DNA from: the human T2T-CHM13v2.0 reference genome, Homo sapiens
Strand: one strand, 5' to 3'
Assembly (NCBI RefSeq): GCF_009914755.1
Contig: NC_060925.1
DNA: 64,000 bases
Below, in pieces: positions 1-13,624 of this stretch; position 1 is the first letter of the stretch; each line of letters starts with the position of its first letter. The notes below the pieces were generated by a model, which was given only the letters and a program-made list of their open reading frames with translations, had not been told where the DNA came from and made no database searches. The translations under genes were made by a program, and so were the position numbers.

Positions 1-3000
1 AACAATTATGAAAATGCTACTGATTGGACATTAAAATGTGGAGATAAATTCAAGATAATCCCCAAACAATGCAGAAATAAAGTAGTATGCAAAATGTTAG
101 GACCATCCCCCAGCTCATCACTGTTTATGTTTATGTCAACAGAAGCTCCTCTCTTTATTTAAAAATCCATAAAGCGGTTCCCAATTTAGTATGTTACTTT
201 TCAAAACTCTGCCAAACAAAATGCCCAAATCTTTCTGTAATTACATAGCAGTTACTGCCTTGTGCCTGCACAGACTCTGTGAATCCCAACTGTCTTCCCA
301 CAAGCAACAGCAGGCTCTCCAAAAGAAAAACTTAATGTTTCATTTGGGGCAAATGTTTTTCCCTGCGCCATGCTTCGGTTTTCACTGTCATGGTACTTGG
401 CCCCACTCTCCCTAATCATAGGTTTAAGGAGGATGAGGTCAGCCTTCCCTCTGTTGCTAAGGCTACTTGCTCATGGTTCCACTGAATTAAGGAGAACCCA
501 CTGAAGTACACTACCACTTGTCACAATGCCTCACAGTTCCCTTCATCTCAGCATATTCCCAATTCCCTAAAACTTAGTGCAGGTTTTAGGACACATGAAA
601 TAGATATCTTCCTTAGGTCCTTATCACAGGATTGTGATATTTGAAGGAAAACAATTAGCTTGGTGGATTTTGAGATCAGACAGGTAAATGTAAAAAGCTT
701 TCCTTTTTGCTTATACAAAGTATCTCTAAAATATAAATTTTCCTTTGTTCAGACTAATCTGAATAAACTTGATGCTGACTGAGATAACTGCAGACATTCT
801 TCAACAACAGTATCTTCCAGGTCAATTTGATGATACTCATTTCATCTGTATGTGCAGTGCAGATCTGGTCCAGAACTTAAAGTGAGAAAAATTATCACAT
901 AACAGGGGAGTCTGAATGTGATCAATAAGCCAGGTCTCTCACTGACCCATCTGGGACAGAAATCAGATGCTCCTCTAGCCTGTGAGTGGATGAATGAGAA
1001 GAGTGAGTCTGCACAGAGTGAGTTATTGTGGTCAGATTCAGAGGAAGCTGAATTCTGTGTGGCTCTGTATTCACTGCGGTTCTATTTTACAAAGTTCTGG
1101 GTAGCTCACAGCCATTTTTGACATCAGCATGTGCTGGCTTTGCAGAATGGATACTAATCAGTTTGGCATCTTGGAATGTTGCATAGAGCTTGGGAATGAG
1201 AAACTAGAGGCAAGCAATCGGTAGAAGCACCTCAAATCTGTAACATCCTAAACTGAGGTACCACCTCCCATCAGAGTGTTATATCTCATAAGCTTCCCAG
1301 CCAAATATTCCCCTAGGGCCAGACCAGAAGTCAGCACTTCCAAAGAGATTCTATGGTACAATACAATCTGTTTGGAGACTTGCAGTCATTAGACCTGCCA
1401 CCCACTTGAACTCCCTGAGAGAAAACTCTGGTTGATGCCCTATTATCTTTTTTTTTTTTTTTGCTTGTTTTTTGCCTTGCTGATCCCTTTTTCTAGAGCC
1501 ATCCTTCTTTCCCAGGTTTTAGTTGATTTTTACTCTTCCTTCAAAACTGAGTTCAAACTAAGTGTCCACTCATCAAGAAGACATCCATATCCATACAACT
1601 GCCCCAATCTGATTTATAAATCATTTGGTTCTTCCCCAAACCCTTTAAAAGCCATTCAGATCACCTTACACTGCCCAGTAAAATGAATCATATTTATCTG
1701 TAAAAAAACACACATATCTAAATACACTTTTTTTCAGCCCTGATCTGGCTGGTTCTTATTTTAAAAAATGCATTAGAAGAATATGCTTGTACAGCCTCTC
1801 TGTACCTCAGTTCTCTCACCTGTAAAGTGGTATAATAACAGTGCATATCTGATAGGGTCATTTTGAAGCTTAAACCAGAAAATGAATGTGAAGTTCTTAG
1901 AAGAACCACGAGCTCTTATTATTATGTGTGGAATTTATAAATAAATGTAATTTTGAGTAAGTCAATCACTTTAAACACATTTCTTCTTCTGGGAAATAGA
2001 GATAATTTTATTTCTTCACAGAATGGCAGTAAGAATCAAATGAGTTAACAGTGCATGGAAGTTATTTCCAAAGGTTCTTTACAGCTCCTTTGTGAGCTGA
2101 AAAGAACTATTTAGAAACTGGGATTTGTATTATTGTTACCTAAAGAATTACACAATGTTTTAAAGACAGAACCAAAATTTTTCAAAGAAGAGTCTTCAAT
2201 GACTGACGCAAGCATGGCCTTGCACTTCTTGCTTAACCTGCCAATGCTGGACATAAAAGACAACAGATTTCAAAGGTCTATGCAGAACTGGAATTCTCTC
2301 ATCTAAGTAAGACACCAGTGTCCATACCATCTGGAACTTACAGGGAACTTAGGATGTACATTGATGCTGGTTGATCCTAATTATATTGCAAAATCTATGG
2401 AATTCAAGAGCCATAAAGAATTTTTGAAATCATTTATTCCAACTCCCTCGTTTTATTGATGAGGCAACTGATGCCTATGGATCCCAAGCAACCAGCCCCA
2501 AATCACATATCAAACTAGTAATAAACAACTCAAGTCTCCTAATTTGTAGATTATAGGCTTATGTAAATTTTGTTTATATCATGTTTCCTGCCTTTTTAGG
2601 GTGGCCTTGGGTTCAAATTCCAGTTTCACCATTTATTAATTCTGTCACTTTAAGTGACTTACTGAACTGATGCAAGTCTGTCTCTTTCTTTGCAAAATAA
2701 ACATCATAGCATCCTCTTAAAAGTTTACTGTATGATAAAAAGAGGTAATGTCTCTAAATCAGGTAGCAAAGCATGTGCCTGACACCTGCTTCACCACTCA
2801 CCAACTTCTTATGGTAAATACTGTAACGTTTTAAAAAACTAAATCATGCATAAAGATCAAAACCATATTTTAAAATATCTCTTAAAAAAAACACAACAAC
2901 TAAGGTAACTGATATGTGTGAATTTCTTTTGGTACCGAAGTGGTTAAAAAAAAATCCTTCCTTCTGGTTTAAAGCCTGGCTGTCCCAGTGCTCTCTTTCC

Positions 3001-3369
3001 ACATAATATGCCCTTCTCCGCCAGGCGGTCACGTATGGCAGGGTATATAGTAAAGCAGTGTACAGCACAGAGCTGTACTATATCACATGTTTGCTTTCGC
3101 ACCTTTGCACCTCTCCCACCAGGTACTCTGAGGCTGCCAATTCTAGCTGCTGCTTTTACTCCTCTTCCTCTCTTTGCCCAACCGCTGCTTTAAGGATGTG
3201 TCTCGCCTGAGAACAGCTCCCTTTATCAACACAAGACAGAAATTGCTCCAGAGTGACCTGGGCTCTGTCTTCCTCAGGGGGCCAGAGTCTTCTTGTCCGA
3301 GTACCTACCTGACAGCACATCTCCCCTGGCCAGCATCCACCTCCTTGTCCTCCACAACCCACTCAGCGG

Positions 3370-4915
3370 CTAACCTGGCCACCAACTAACTTCTCGCCCT
3401 CGGATCCTCGCGTTTATAAAAGGTGCGAGACGACCAAGTTCTACAAGGTGGGGCGGGCAGGCACCCGCACTTATCCCCTGGCCCTCCCCGCAGCAGACAC
3501 AGGGACCAGGTCCAAGCTTCTTTCCTCCGGGGACAAAACTTGGCTGTTTATCTTTCCCAGGGCATCTTCGTCTCTCCCCGGGACGTGGAACCCCGATGCA
3601 CCGGCAGGGACAGCCCGGAGCGCTCGCAGGAGACCAGGCCCACGGTGGTGCCATGGTTGGGCACACTCCGCGGGCTCCGCCCAATCTCCACCCCTAGGTC
3701 CAGGTCCCCCTAGGAGAGCTAGGAGCACATTTCCAGCCTGGAGCAGGAGCCCGGCACCGGAAAGTCAGAGCAGCGCACTGCGGCGCCCCAGCCACTGCGG
3801 AGCCCCTGGCCAACCGCAGTTACGTTCCATCTGTCGTATCTACATGGGAATACGGCGACAGGCACCCTATCCCCTCACGTCAGGGCTAGCAGTATGAGGT
3901 GGGGAAAGAGGAAACCTCGAGAGTTAAAAGCGAGGGAACTGAAAGTCCCCTTGAGGGGTGTCCCCCATGCCCCTTGTGGGACAAAGCCCCAATTCGCAGG
4001 CTACCCTCCAGAGCTCCAGCGGTCCGGTTCTCCCCATCAGCACCCTCTGCGCACACTGACCCGCGCGTCCCTCCGCAGCCTGACCGCCCGATCCGCCAGC
4101 CACCGGCGCGGGCAGCGAGGGGGTGTGTGCGCCAGATTTTCCGCGTGCCCCCCCGCCCCTCCAGCGGCTCCCTCGCCCTGCAGCTGCTGCTCCGGGCGCT
4201 GTCCGCGCTGGGCAGGCCGCCCCCGCGTCCCGCCGCGGCGGCCCGGGGCCCGTGCGCGCTCACCAGATGGCCATCCTGCTCTTGGGGTAGTCCAGCCGCT
4301 CCAGGCAGCCGAGGAAGTGCGGCAGCGTGTGCGCCGCGTTGCGGGCGAGGACCGCCACGAGCACCGTGGGGCTCTGCAGGGGCGACTCCGGGAAAACCAC
4401 CGGCTCCTCTCCGTCGTCCTCCGAGTCCCGCTCGGCGACGAAGCGCGCTCGGCAGCCTTCGCGGAGCAGGGCTGAGGAGAGGAGCAGTAGCGACCAGGCG
4501 AGGGTGGCAGCAGGGCGCGCAGCCATGTTCCGGGCCGAGGCGGGCGGCGGGGAAGTCCTGGCGCGAGCGCCCGGCTGGGCTGCCTGAGGGCGGCGGCGGC
4601 TGCCGGGGAGCAAGGGGCTGCGAGGGGCGGCCGGGGGATGCGGCTTGCCGCGGCCGGCCGGCTCACACACTGGCCTCGGCGGCTGCGGTTCCCAGGACCC
4701 TCCCGCCGCCGCTGCACCGCCCAGGCCCCAGTGCGGGTGCGCAGCGTACCTGCAGCCGCTGGCGCTCCCCTGCGCCTCGGGCTCGCAGACAGTAGTGGCC
4801 GAGGGGCTGTGTGCCCTGAGTCCTGAGGAAAGTTCCTCTAGTCCAGGTTCCGCTCGTACAGCTGAGGTCTGTGGCCTTCCCTAGAGCCGCGAGTTGTGGC
4901 CCTGTCTGCCAATGA
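3370..4915 (-). promoter_or_regulatory. COLGALT2: CpG island, promoter and 5' UTR of COLGALT2
   Basis: Very GC- and CpG-dense stretch covering exon 1 and proximal intron 1; CCAAT at 4909-4913; no upstream ATG seen on the minus strand between 4527 and ~4900. Confidence 0.85.
4264..4526 (-). CDS. COLGALT2: Collagen beta(1-O)galactosyltransferase 2 (GLT25D2), coding part of exon 1: signal peptide plus start of the GT domain. Remaining exons lie left of the window.
   Basis: ATG at 4526 gives [88 protein letters not shown]. It has a hydrophobic signal peptide and the [18 protein letters not shown] motif of the COLGALT/CERCAM family. It ends at the canonical donor TG|GTGAG (GT at 4263-4262); 263 nt, phase 2. 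Confidence 0.96.
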
Positions 4916-4918
4916 GCC

Positions 4919-4923
<5 letters not shown>

Positions 4924-4961
<38 letters not shown>
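4924..4961. repeat. (GT)19 microsatellite
   Basis: Perfect GT run directly visible at the upstream edge of the COLGALT2 CpG island. Confidence 0.97.
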
Positions 4962-4963
<2 letters not shown>

Positions 4964-5497
4964 ATAACGGTACAACCCCAAGAAAATTTATTCTGCTTTT
5001 GCAAACCGCAGACTGAAGCCCTTCACAGTGATGCAATGTATCCAGTTTTCATAATGCACCTATTGACTGAGTAGAGTTCTAAAATGAAAAGTCTCCCCAA
5101 CTATTCACGATTATGACAAACACTTGTTTAACCACCGCAAAGGCAGCATGTCGCATTTTCTTATATACTCAACTTCTGAAATTCATTCTTGACTGAGTAG
5201 ACACCTAATAACACAAAGTTTGAAGACTTGGAGAATTTTGGAGCCAGATCAGACCCCGCAAAATAAAAGAAAGCCCTTGGGAGACACTGTCCTGAAGCCT
5301 CACTCTACTGTGAACCCAGTAAGCCTCCTCACAGGAGGGCTGTGAAAGAATAAATTCACTTAGCTGGTTTTCTTTTTCCGTAATAAGCCAATATGATAGA
5401 GTAACAAAGAGGGAAAATTCGCGCATGTTGGAGAGCAGAGAAGAGATAAGGAAGAAAAGAAGGGGTGAAGGAAGAACACAATTAGCACATAAAATGA

Positions 5498-5848
<351 letters not shown>

Positions 5849-7085
5849 TAGTTTTGAAGATATATTGTGTAGCCTTTGATAGATAAGTATGGAGGGTGTT
5901 TTGGTGCCAGTGCACATTCATGATCTCCAATCCCAACTCACCCTCAGGTCTGTCCCATAGTCTTTTTATTAGTTGTTATCAATCCTTCTCAGCAACTATT
6001 AGAAGTCTTCCCTACTGTCTTTTGAAGTATATCACCTCCTTCATCCAGCTCCCCCAACACCACTGTCTCCAACTAGCATCCCTACCAAGACCTTTCTTAC
6101 TTGCAGGTGCCTCCTCACGACAGGGTCTTTGATCACAGACTAGAAAGGGAGAGGTCTCCCTTTCTAGCCCATGATTTTTCTCTATCATTCCACTCTCTAC
6201 TGAATCTTCAACTGATCTCTATCAACTCCTTTCTCTCAAGCTAAATACTTGGTCAGTCTTCTCTTATCCGTTAAAAAAAAAAGAAAGAAAAGCTTTAAAA
6301 AAAAGTCCTGTGTCTTCTTCTAGTCATCCCTTTGCTTGACCAAGCTCCTTGGAAGAGAGATCTATACTTGTATTCTCCACTTCTTCATCTCCCATCTTTC
6401 CCACCACAGTGCAGTAAGGCGTCAGCCCTCCCCACTGTTCTGCAAAACCAACAGATGGCCTCAGCATTGGCAGATTCAGTAAACTCTTCCGTTCTCACCT
6501 TCCTGGACTTCGATTACATAATCTCCCATCCTAGATCTCCTCTGATACTACTTGTCTCTGAGCCAAGCCCCTTCACTGTGTGCCTCCCTATAGTGTGCTA
6601 GTCTTCCCACTCCATATGGTCTCCTGTGGTTATATCCTCAAAATCTATGTCTTCTGCTCTAATCTCTTCTCTAATCTTCATATTTTTTTATCGAATGGCC
6701 TACAGACATTTCCTTCCCCTCCATCCATTTTCAGGAATTGTTCCCACTTTCAAGGGGCTCACAGTCTTGTAGGGAAGACTGAGAGTTAAACATCTGTTAG
6801 AAGTACTGTAACAGATGTACCAGCTACAGTGAAGGGATAGAGGAAGATGTGGTCATTTCCACAAGGGAGGTAGTGATGGGACTGTTAGAAAGGTCCAGAC
6901 AATCTCCATGTTGTTCTGTCTTTCTTGTTTCCCTTTCTTGAACTATGTCCCACTCATCTTTCAATACTAAAATCCGCACTCCTTAGCCAAACTTGGTTTG
7001 ATAGTTATCATTTGTTCACTTTACTGCAAACAGAGGGAGTTTAAAGCTAGGCAACCACATTTCTGTCTTATTTTCCTTCTGTTAC

Positions 7086-7436
7086 TGATATGGTCTGCCT
7101 ATGTCCTCACCCAAATCTCACATCGAATTATAGCTCCCATAATCCCCACGTGTCGTGGGACGTAATTGAATCATGGGGGCAGGTTTTTCCCATGCTAGTC
7201 TCGTGATAGTGAATAAGCCTCACAAGATCTGATGGTTTTATAAAGGGCAGTTCCCCTGCACATGCTCCCTTGCCTGCCGCCATGTAAGGTGTGTCTTTGC
7301 TCCTCCTTTGCCTTCTGCCATGATTGTGAGGCCTCCCCAGCTATGTGGAACTGTGAGTCCACTAAACTTCTTTTTCTTTATAAATTACCCAATCTCAGCT
7401 ATGTCTTTATTCACAGCGTGAGGACAGACTAATACA
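7086..7436 (+). mobile_element. THE1-family MaLR solo LTR
   Basis: tgatatggt...cagactaataca termini and typical THE1 body; perfect 5-bp TSD GTTAC (7081-7085 / 7437-7441). Confidence 0.9.
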
Positions 7437-9332
7437 GTTACCTAAAGTCAACAGCTTATCTGAGTCTATTTTTTCAAAGAAAGGTGAAGCATCTAAACCT
7501 GTATGGTCTCTAATGACATTATAATGAAATCGGCTCCATGGAGTTCTCTTAAAATAACTACAACCTGCTCTGCTCTGTAGATGAAATCAAGGGTTTCCCA
7601 GCCACATAACCTACAAAACACCTATTTAAAACTTTTAATTGAGTGCTCATTTAGTGACTGAGAATATTAAGGTAATAACAGGGTATGCAACAGTAGAAGA
7701 TCATTGTAAATATGGTTGGGAGGCAGTGGAGGGGAAGCCTGGGAAAAATTAAGTCCCCATCTTACTAACAGATTTGTTTCATAAGTTCTTCAGAAATCAG
7801 TAATGTGAATTTGGATGTTTCCCCCCCGCATAGGATTGATGTTATAAGACAGTTAATTTGAAAAAAAAAACTAATTTAAAAATAAAAGCCAATTATATTT
7901 TAAAATATTCATTGCTTATAATGCTCTTTCCATGGAAAATCGGCTGAATGGAAAGTCAGGGTTGTACACACATATCTCTTTGTCTCCACTGCCAGTAGAC
8001 TGTTCCAATTGATTCTACATAAAGTTAGAAGTAAGCACTTTCTCTCATATCCCCTCCCCATACTGTTCCAGCACAGGGGACTTCCATCTGGGACAACAAA
8101 ACCTCTTGGACTGTCACCCTTAGTGCAATGTGGTGGGGACAGGGCCTATGAGGTGGCCAGAGGACTTCTTGCAGGAAAGCTTCTCAAGATGTCTGTGGCT
8201 CCAGCAGCCCAGAAGAGGAGGAAATAAATGCCTCTGGGGCAGCTGTGATAGGCTTGAAAGAGCAACTGACACTTGGAGCTGAATTTTCATTTCACTGGTG
8301 TCACTTATTCTCTTTGTGACCTTGGAAACTTGACCTCTTTGAACATCAATTCCTTCCTAGGTAAAAAAGTTTTAAATGCTTGCCTCATTTTTTCATTCAA
8401 CAAACATTTATGAAATTGCTAAATGCCAATCATTTGAGTGTTGAATATTTGAATGCTTCTCCCTTGGAAAAACAGGGAGAAAGTGGCCAGCCCCTCGTAA
8501 GTCCTGCTGGGCCATAGTTGGCAGAAAGAGTCTCTTGGCTGAATTATCCAGGCTTCTTTCTTCTGTACTGAAATATCTTTCTTTCACTACCTGGTTTGTT
8601 TTACTCGCTTTTCTGATCCATCCTAAAATCCTACAATGTAAAATGTACTTGAATTGACAATTCTGCCAATTTCAACATGAAAATCCTTGAGAGAGGAGCA
8701 TTAGATGATATCTTTTTAATTCAATCAGATTTTTAAATCTTATCACCTAAACTGAAATGGCCTATAAGAAGTTTTGATAAAGGGAACTGAATGGGATCCT
8801 AATTTGAAGCATGGGTCTCTTTGGTGACAAAGCAAGTTTTATGGATTTCTGATACGTAGGCCCGAGGACTCTGGGTCCTAGGAAGGGAATTAATATTAAG
8901 GGAGAAAAAGAGCAGTGACTGAGGTGGGAAAGGCTAAAATTAAACTACGTCAGTGTCAAAGTTTTGTCTATGCTCTGGCTGCATCCAAGAGCTATAGAAT
9001 AGTCACTACGGAGGAATGTTTTCCAATTCAAAACAAGTTTATACAAATGTAAACTACACTTCTACGTCTCATTTAAGAATAGATGCATCCCTTAAATTAT
9101 ATTAACTCATTCCTTCAAACACTTGCTCAATGCCTACTCTGTGCCAAGATATAGTTGCTGGAAATGCATGAATAAATAAGATGTGTCATATAAATGCACA
9201 AATGCTATAAGTCATTTTATGTCTTATGATGGAAAAAGGAGCATAAGTAAGGAAGTGGGGAAGTGGAGATAGCTAGGAAATGTTTAATTAAAGAGATGTC
9301 TTTGAATTGAGCATTGAAAAATAAGTAGCATG

Positions 9333-11044
9333 CATGGACAGGAAGAATTAATATTTTTAAAATGGCCATACTACCCAAAGCAATTTACAGATTCAATGCT
9401 ATTCCTAAACTACCATTGAGATTTTTCACAGAACTAGAAAAAAACTATTTTAAAATTCATATGGAACAAAAAAGAGGCTAAATAGTCAAGGCAATCCTAA
9501 GCAAAAAGAAAAAAGCTGAAGGCATCACGCTACCCAACTTCAAACTATACTACAGGGCTAGAGTAACCAAAACAGCATGATCCTAGTACAAAAACAGACA
9601 CATAGACCAATGGAACAGAACAGAGAACCCAGAAATAAGACTGCACACCTACAGCTACCTGATCTTTGACAAACCTGACAATAACAAGCAATGGGGAAAG
9701 GATTCTCTATTCAATAAATGGTGCTGGTATAATCGGCTAGCCATACACAGAAGCTTGAAACTGGACCCTTTCCTTACACCAGATACAAAAATTGACTCAA
9801 GATGGCTTATAAATGTAAATGTAAAACCCAAAACTCTAAAAACCCTAGAATACAACCTTGGCAATATCATTCAGGACATGAGCACTGGCAACGATTTCAT
9901 GAAGAAGATGTGAAAAACAATTGCAACAAAAACAAAAATTGACAAATGGGATCTAATTAACTGAGCTCCTGCATAGCAAAAGAAACTATCAATAGAGTAA
10001 TCAGACAACTTACAGAATGGGAGAAAAATTTTGCAAACTATGCATCTGACAAGGGTCTAATATCCAGTATCTAAAAGGAACTTAAGCAAATTTACAAGAG
10101 GGAAAAACCAAACAACTCCATTAAAAAGTGGGCAAAGGACACGAACAGATACTTTTCAAAAGAAGGTATAGATGTGGACAACAATCATATGAAGGAAAGC
10201 TCAACATCATTGATTATTGGAGAAGTTCAAGTAAAAACCACAGCGAAGAAGAGGAGGAAATAAATGCCTCTGGGGCAGCTGTGATAGGCTGAGAATTATA
10301 GGATAACCACAATGAGATACCATCTCACACCATCGGAATGGCTACTAAAAAGTCAAGAAATAACATGCTGGCAAGGTTGTGGAGAAAAAAAAAACGCTTA
10401 TACACTGTTGGTGGGAGTGTAAATTAGTTGAACCATTGTAGAAGACAGTGTGGCAATTCCTCAAAGTCCTAAAGACCATCGATCAGGTAATCCCATTACT
10501 GGTTATATACCCAAAGGAATATAAATCATTCTATCATAAAGACACATGCACGTGTATGTTCATTGCAGCACTACTCACAATAATGAAGACATGGAATCAA
10601 CCTAAATGCCCATCAATGATAGACTGGGTAAACAAAATGTGGTGCATACACATCATAGAATACTATGCAGCCATAAAAAAGAATGAGATAATGTCTTTTA
10701 CAGGGACATGGATGGAGCTGGATGCCATTATCCTTAAGCAAACCAATGCAGGAACAGAAAACCAAATACCACATGTTCTCACTTATAAGTGGGAACTAAA
10801 TGATGAGAACACATGGACACATAGAGGGGAACAACACAAACTGGGGCGTATTGGAGCATGGAAGGTGGGAGGAGAGAGAGGATCAGGAAAAATAAGTAAT
10901 GGGTACTAGGTTAAATACCTGGGTAATGAAATACTCTGTATCAAAAACCCCCATGAAACAAGTTTACCTATGTAACAAATCTGCACATGTACTGCTGAAC
11001 TTAAAAGCTGAAAAAAATATAATTTGATTCGAAATATAAGAAAA
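9333..11044 (+). mobile_element. 5'-truncated L1 (older L1PA/L1PB type): ORF2 3' end, 3' UTR and degenerate A-tail
   Basis: ORF2 C-terminal remnants (ORF 10448-10909: KDTCTCMFIAALLTIMKTWNQPKCPSMIDW); 17-bp TSD gaaaaataagtagcatg (9316-9332) / gaaaaatgagtagcatg (11045-11061). Confidence 0.93.
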
Positions 11045-11259
11045 GAAAAATGAGTAGCATGGACTAAGAAAAGGAAGACAGAAGGGGAAAGAGATGGGAA
11101 TTCCAGGTAGATGGAACTGCAGGAGCAAGGAATGAAACAGTATGACACACTTGAGAGATACAATGAACAGGGCATGGCTGGGAGATAGGATGGGAAGTAG
11201 TAACAGAGAAAGCTAGAAAATTATACGGTTTTATACAATTTTATATATAATCATTTCTT

Positions 11260-12090
11260 TAAAATGGGCAAAGGACTTTGAATAAACATTTCTCCAAAGA
11301 AGATATACAAATGGCCATAAGCACATGAAAAGTTTCTCAACATCACTAATCCTTAGGAAATGCAATTCAAAACTATAAGATTTATCACTTCACACTCATT
11401 AGGATGGCTACTAGAAAAACACAGAAAATAACAAATGTTGGCAAGGGTGTAGAAAAATTGGAACATTGTGCACTGTTGGTGGGAATGTAAAATGGTACAG
11501 CTGCTGTGGAAAACAGTATGACAGTTCAAGAAATTAAAAATATAATTACCATATAATCTAACACTTCTACTTCTAGCTATATACCCAAACAAATTGAAAG
11601 CAAAGTCTCAAAGAGATATTTGTGCACCCATGTTCACAGTGGCATTATTCACAATAGCTAAAATATGGAAGCAAACCAGGTGCCTATTGATTAGTGAATG
11701 GAAAAGCAAAATGTGGTATATACATACAGTGGAATAGTATTCAGTCTCAAGAAGGGAGGAAATTCTGACATATGCTACAACATGTTAACTTTGAGGGCAT
11801 TATGCTAAGTGAAATAAGCCAATTTTTAAAGGCAAATATTGTATGATTCAACTTATATAAGGTAGTTAGTCAAAATTACAGAGACAAAATAGAATGGTGG
11901 TTGCCAAGGGGATGGGGGTAGGGGAAATGGGGAGTTATTGTTTAATGGGTATATGTTTCAGTTTTAAAGATAAAAGAGTCATGGAGATGGATATGAGTAA
12001 TAGTTGCACAACATTATGAATGTATTTAATACCACTTAAAATAGTAAATTTTTTGTTATATGTATTTTACCACAATAAGAAAATAAGAAA
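11260..12090 (+). mobile_element. Old L1M (L1MB-like) 3' end fragment
   Basis: aaaatgggcaaaggac...ccaaagaagatatacaaatggcc and 3' UTR ending ttttaccacaataagaaaa. Confidence 0.85.
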
Positions 12091-12370
12091 AAGTCAATCC
12101 ATGTGATTTATTAACAAACTTGAAAAATCATATGATCATCTCAAGAAATGCAGAGAAAGCATTTATGAATCCAACATGAATTCCTCATAAAAATTCTCAG
12201 TATATAGGAATAGAAGGGAACTTCCTCAACGTAATAAACAGCATCTACAAAAAGCCCCCAGCTAACATCATCCTTAATGGTGAAAGACTGAGTGTTCCTC
12301 CTGTGATCAGAAACAAGATAAGAATGTCAGATCTCATTACGTCTGTTTAATGTTGTACTGGATGTTTTAG
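12091..12370 (+). mobile_element. L1M ORF2 internal fragment
   Basis: atcatatgatcatctcaa..gcagagaaagcattt..ggaatagaagggaacttcctcaac matches the L1 ORF2 RT region. Confidence 0.75.
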
Positions 12371-13185
12371 ATGGGGAGGAGAAGAAGGAAGGAAAGAAGG
12401 AAGAAAGGACAGAGAGAGGGAGAAGGAGAGAGGAATAGAAGAAAGCAGGGAGGGACATTTAAGCAAGGTAAATAAGCCGTAAGATATATTTTAACATGAA
12501 TGTGGAGTGTTGTATTAGCCCTTCTAGGCCAAAGGCTCTAAAATTCAATGATTTATTAAAGTCTATTTTACTATAGAACTTTAAAAAATGTTGAAAATGG
12601 GGGAAAAAAAGAAAAAAATCACTCATGATCCACTACTCCACCACAACCATTAACATTTTGGGGTAATTTTAATATGGCATTTTTAATTTGCACATTTTCA
12701 ATGTGGGTTTGTACTCAGTCCTCTTCAGTGAGACTCAATATCCATGTTGATAGCAGATGTTGACTAAATATCTAGAGATAGACATGGGATATTTTTTGGA
12801 CCATGGATTGCTTTTGATGTCTTTTCATATTTACAAAGCCAGGCATTATTTAAGGTTGCATATATGCATCTGTTTACTTATAGAAATTGCCTAACTTACT
12901 ATCACTTTGTACTCTAGATATTAGAAAAATTTTAATAAAAATATTTAATAAACATGAAATATAAACTAACAGATATAATCCATAAACTAATACATTAATT
13001 TAAATACTACTAATAAAATGGATATCCATATACCCAGCACCCACCTTGAGAAACAGAACATGACCATTAACTCTGAAGCCCTGAGTCCCTTCTTGTCACA
13101 ATGCTTTGTTCCATTCCCCAGAGATAAGTACTAGACTGAATTTTGTGTTAATCAGTCTCTTCATTTTGTTTAGAACTTTACCTCC

Positions 13186-13579
13186 TGTGATGGTTAATTT
13201 TACGGGTCAACTTCACTACACTAGGGTGCCCAGTTTCTTGGTCAAACCAGTCTAGATATTGCTGTGAGATATTTTTCAAATGTGATTAATATTTAAATCA
13301 GTAGACTTTGAGTAAAGCAGATTACGCTTCATAATGTGGGTTGCCATCCCATCTGTTGAAGGCCTTAAAAGAATGGGATTCTCCATGAAAAAAGGAATTC
13401 TGACTCTGGATTGCCCTTGGACTCAAGACTGCAAAATAAGCTCTTTCCTGGGTCTCCAACTTGCCAGCCTGCCTTCCACAGATTTCAGGTTTTCAAGCCC
13501 CCACAATCACATGAGCCAATTCCTTAAAATCAATCTCATTCTCTCTTTTTGGTTCTGTTCTCTGGAGAACTCTGGTACA
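13186..13579 (+). mobile_element. MLT2-family (ERVL) solo LTR
   Basis: tgtgatggttaatttta..gtcaact start and ggttctgttctctggagaac..taca end; TSD cctcc/tctcc. Confidence 0.85.
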
Positions 13580-13624
13580 TCTCCTAAATGTGTGTTAGTT
13601 TTGCCTGCATTTGAATTTTTCTTC

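Noticed and set aside
3370-5004. Many long overlapping ORFs (e.g. 3899-4795, 298 aa; 4037-4717, 226 aa)
   Set aside because: Expected from stop-codon scarcity in a GC-rich CpG island. They are low-complexity Pro/Arg/Ala/Gly peptides, mostly with non-ATG starts; only the COLGALT2 frame has family motifs and a splice donor.
10448-10909. 153-aa ORF
   Set aside because: Remnant of the L1 ORF2 C-terminus running into the 3' UTR.
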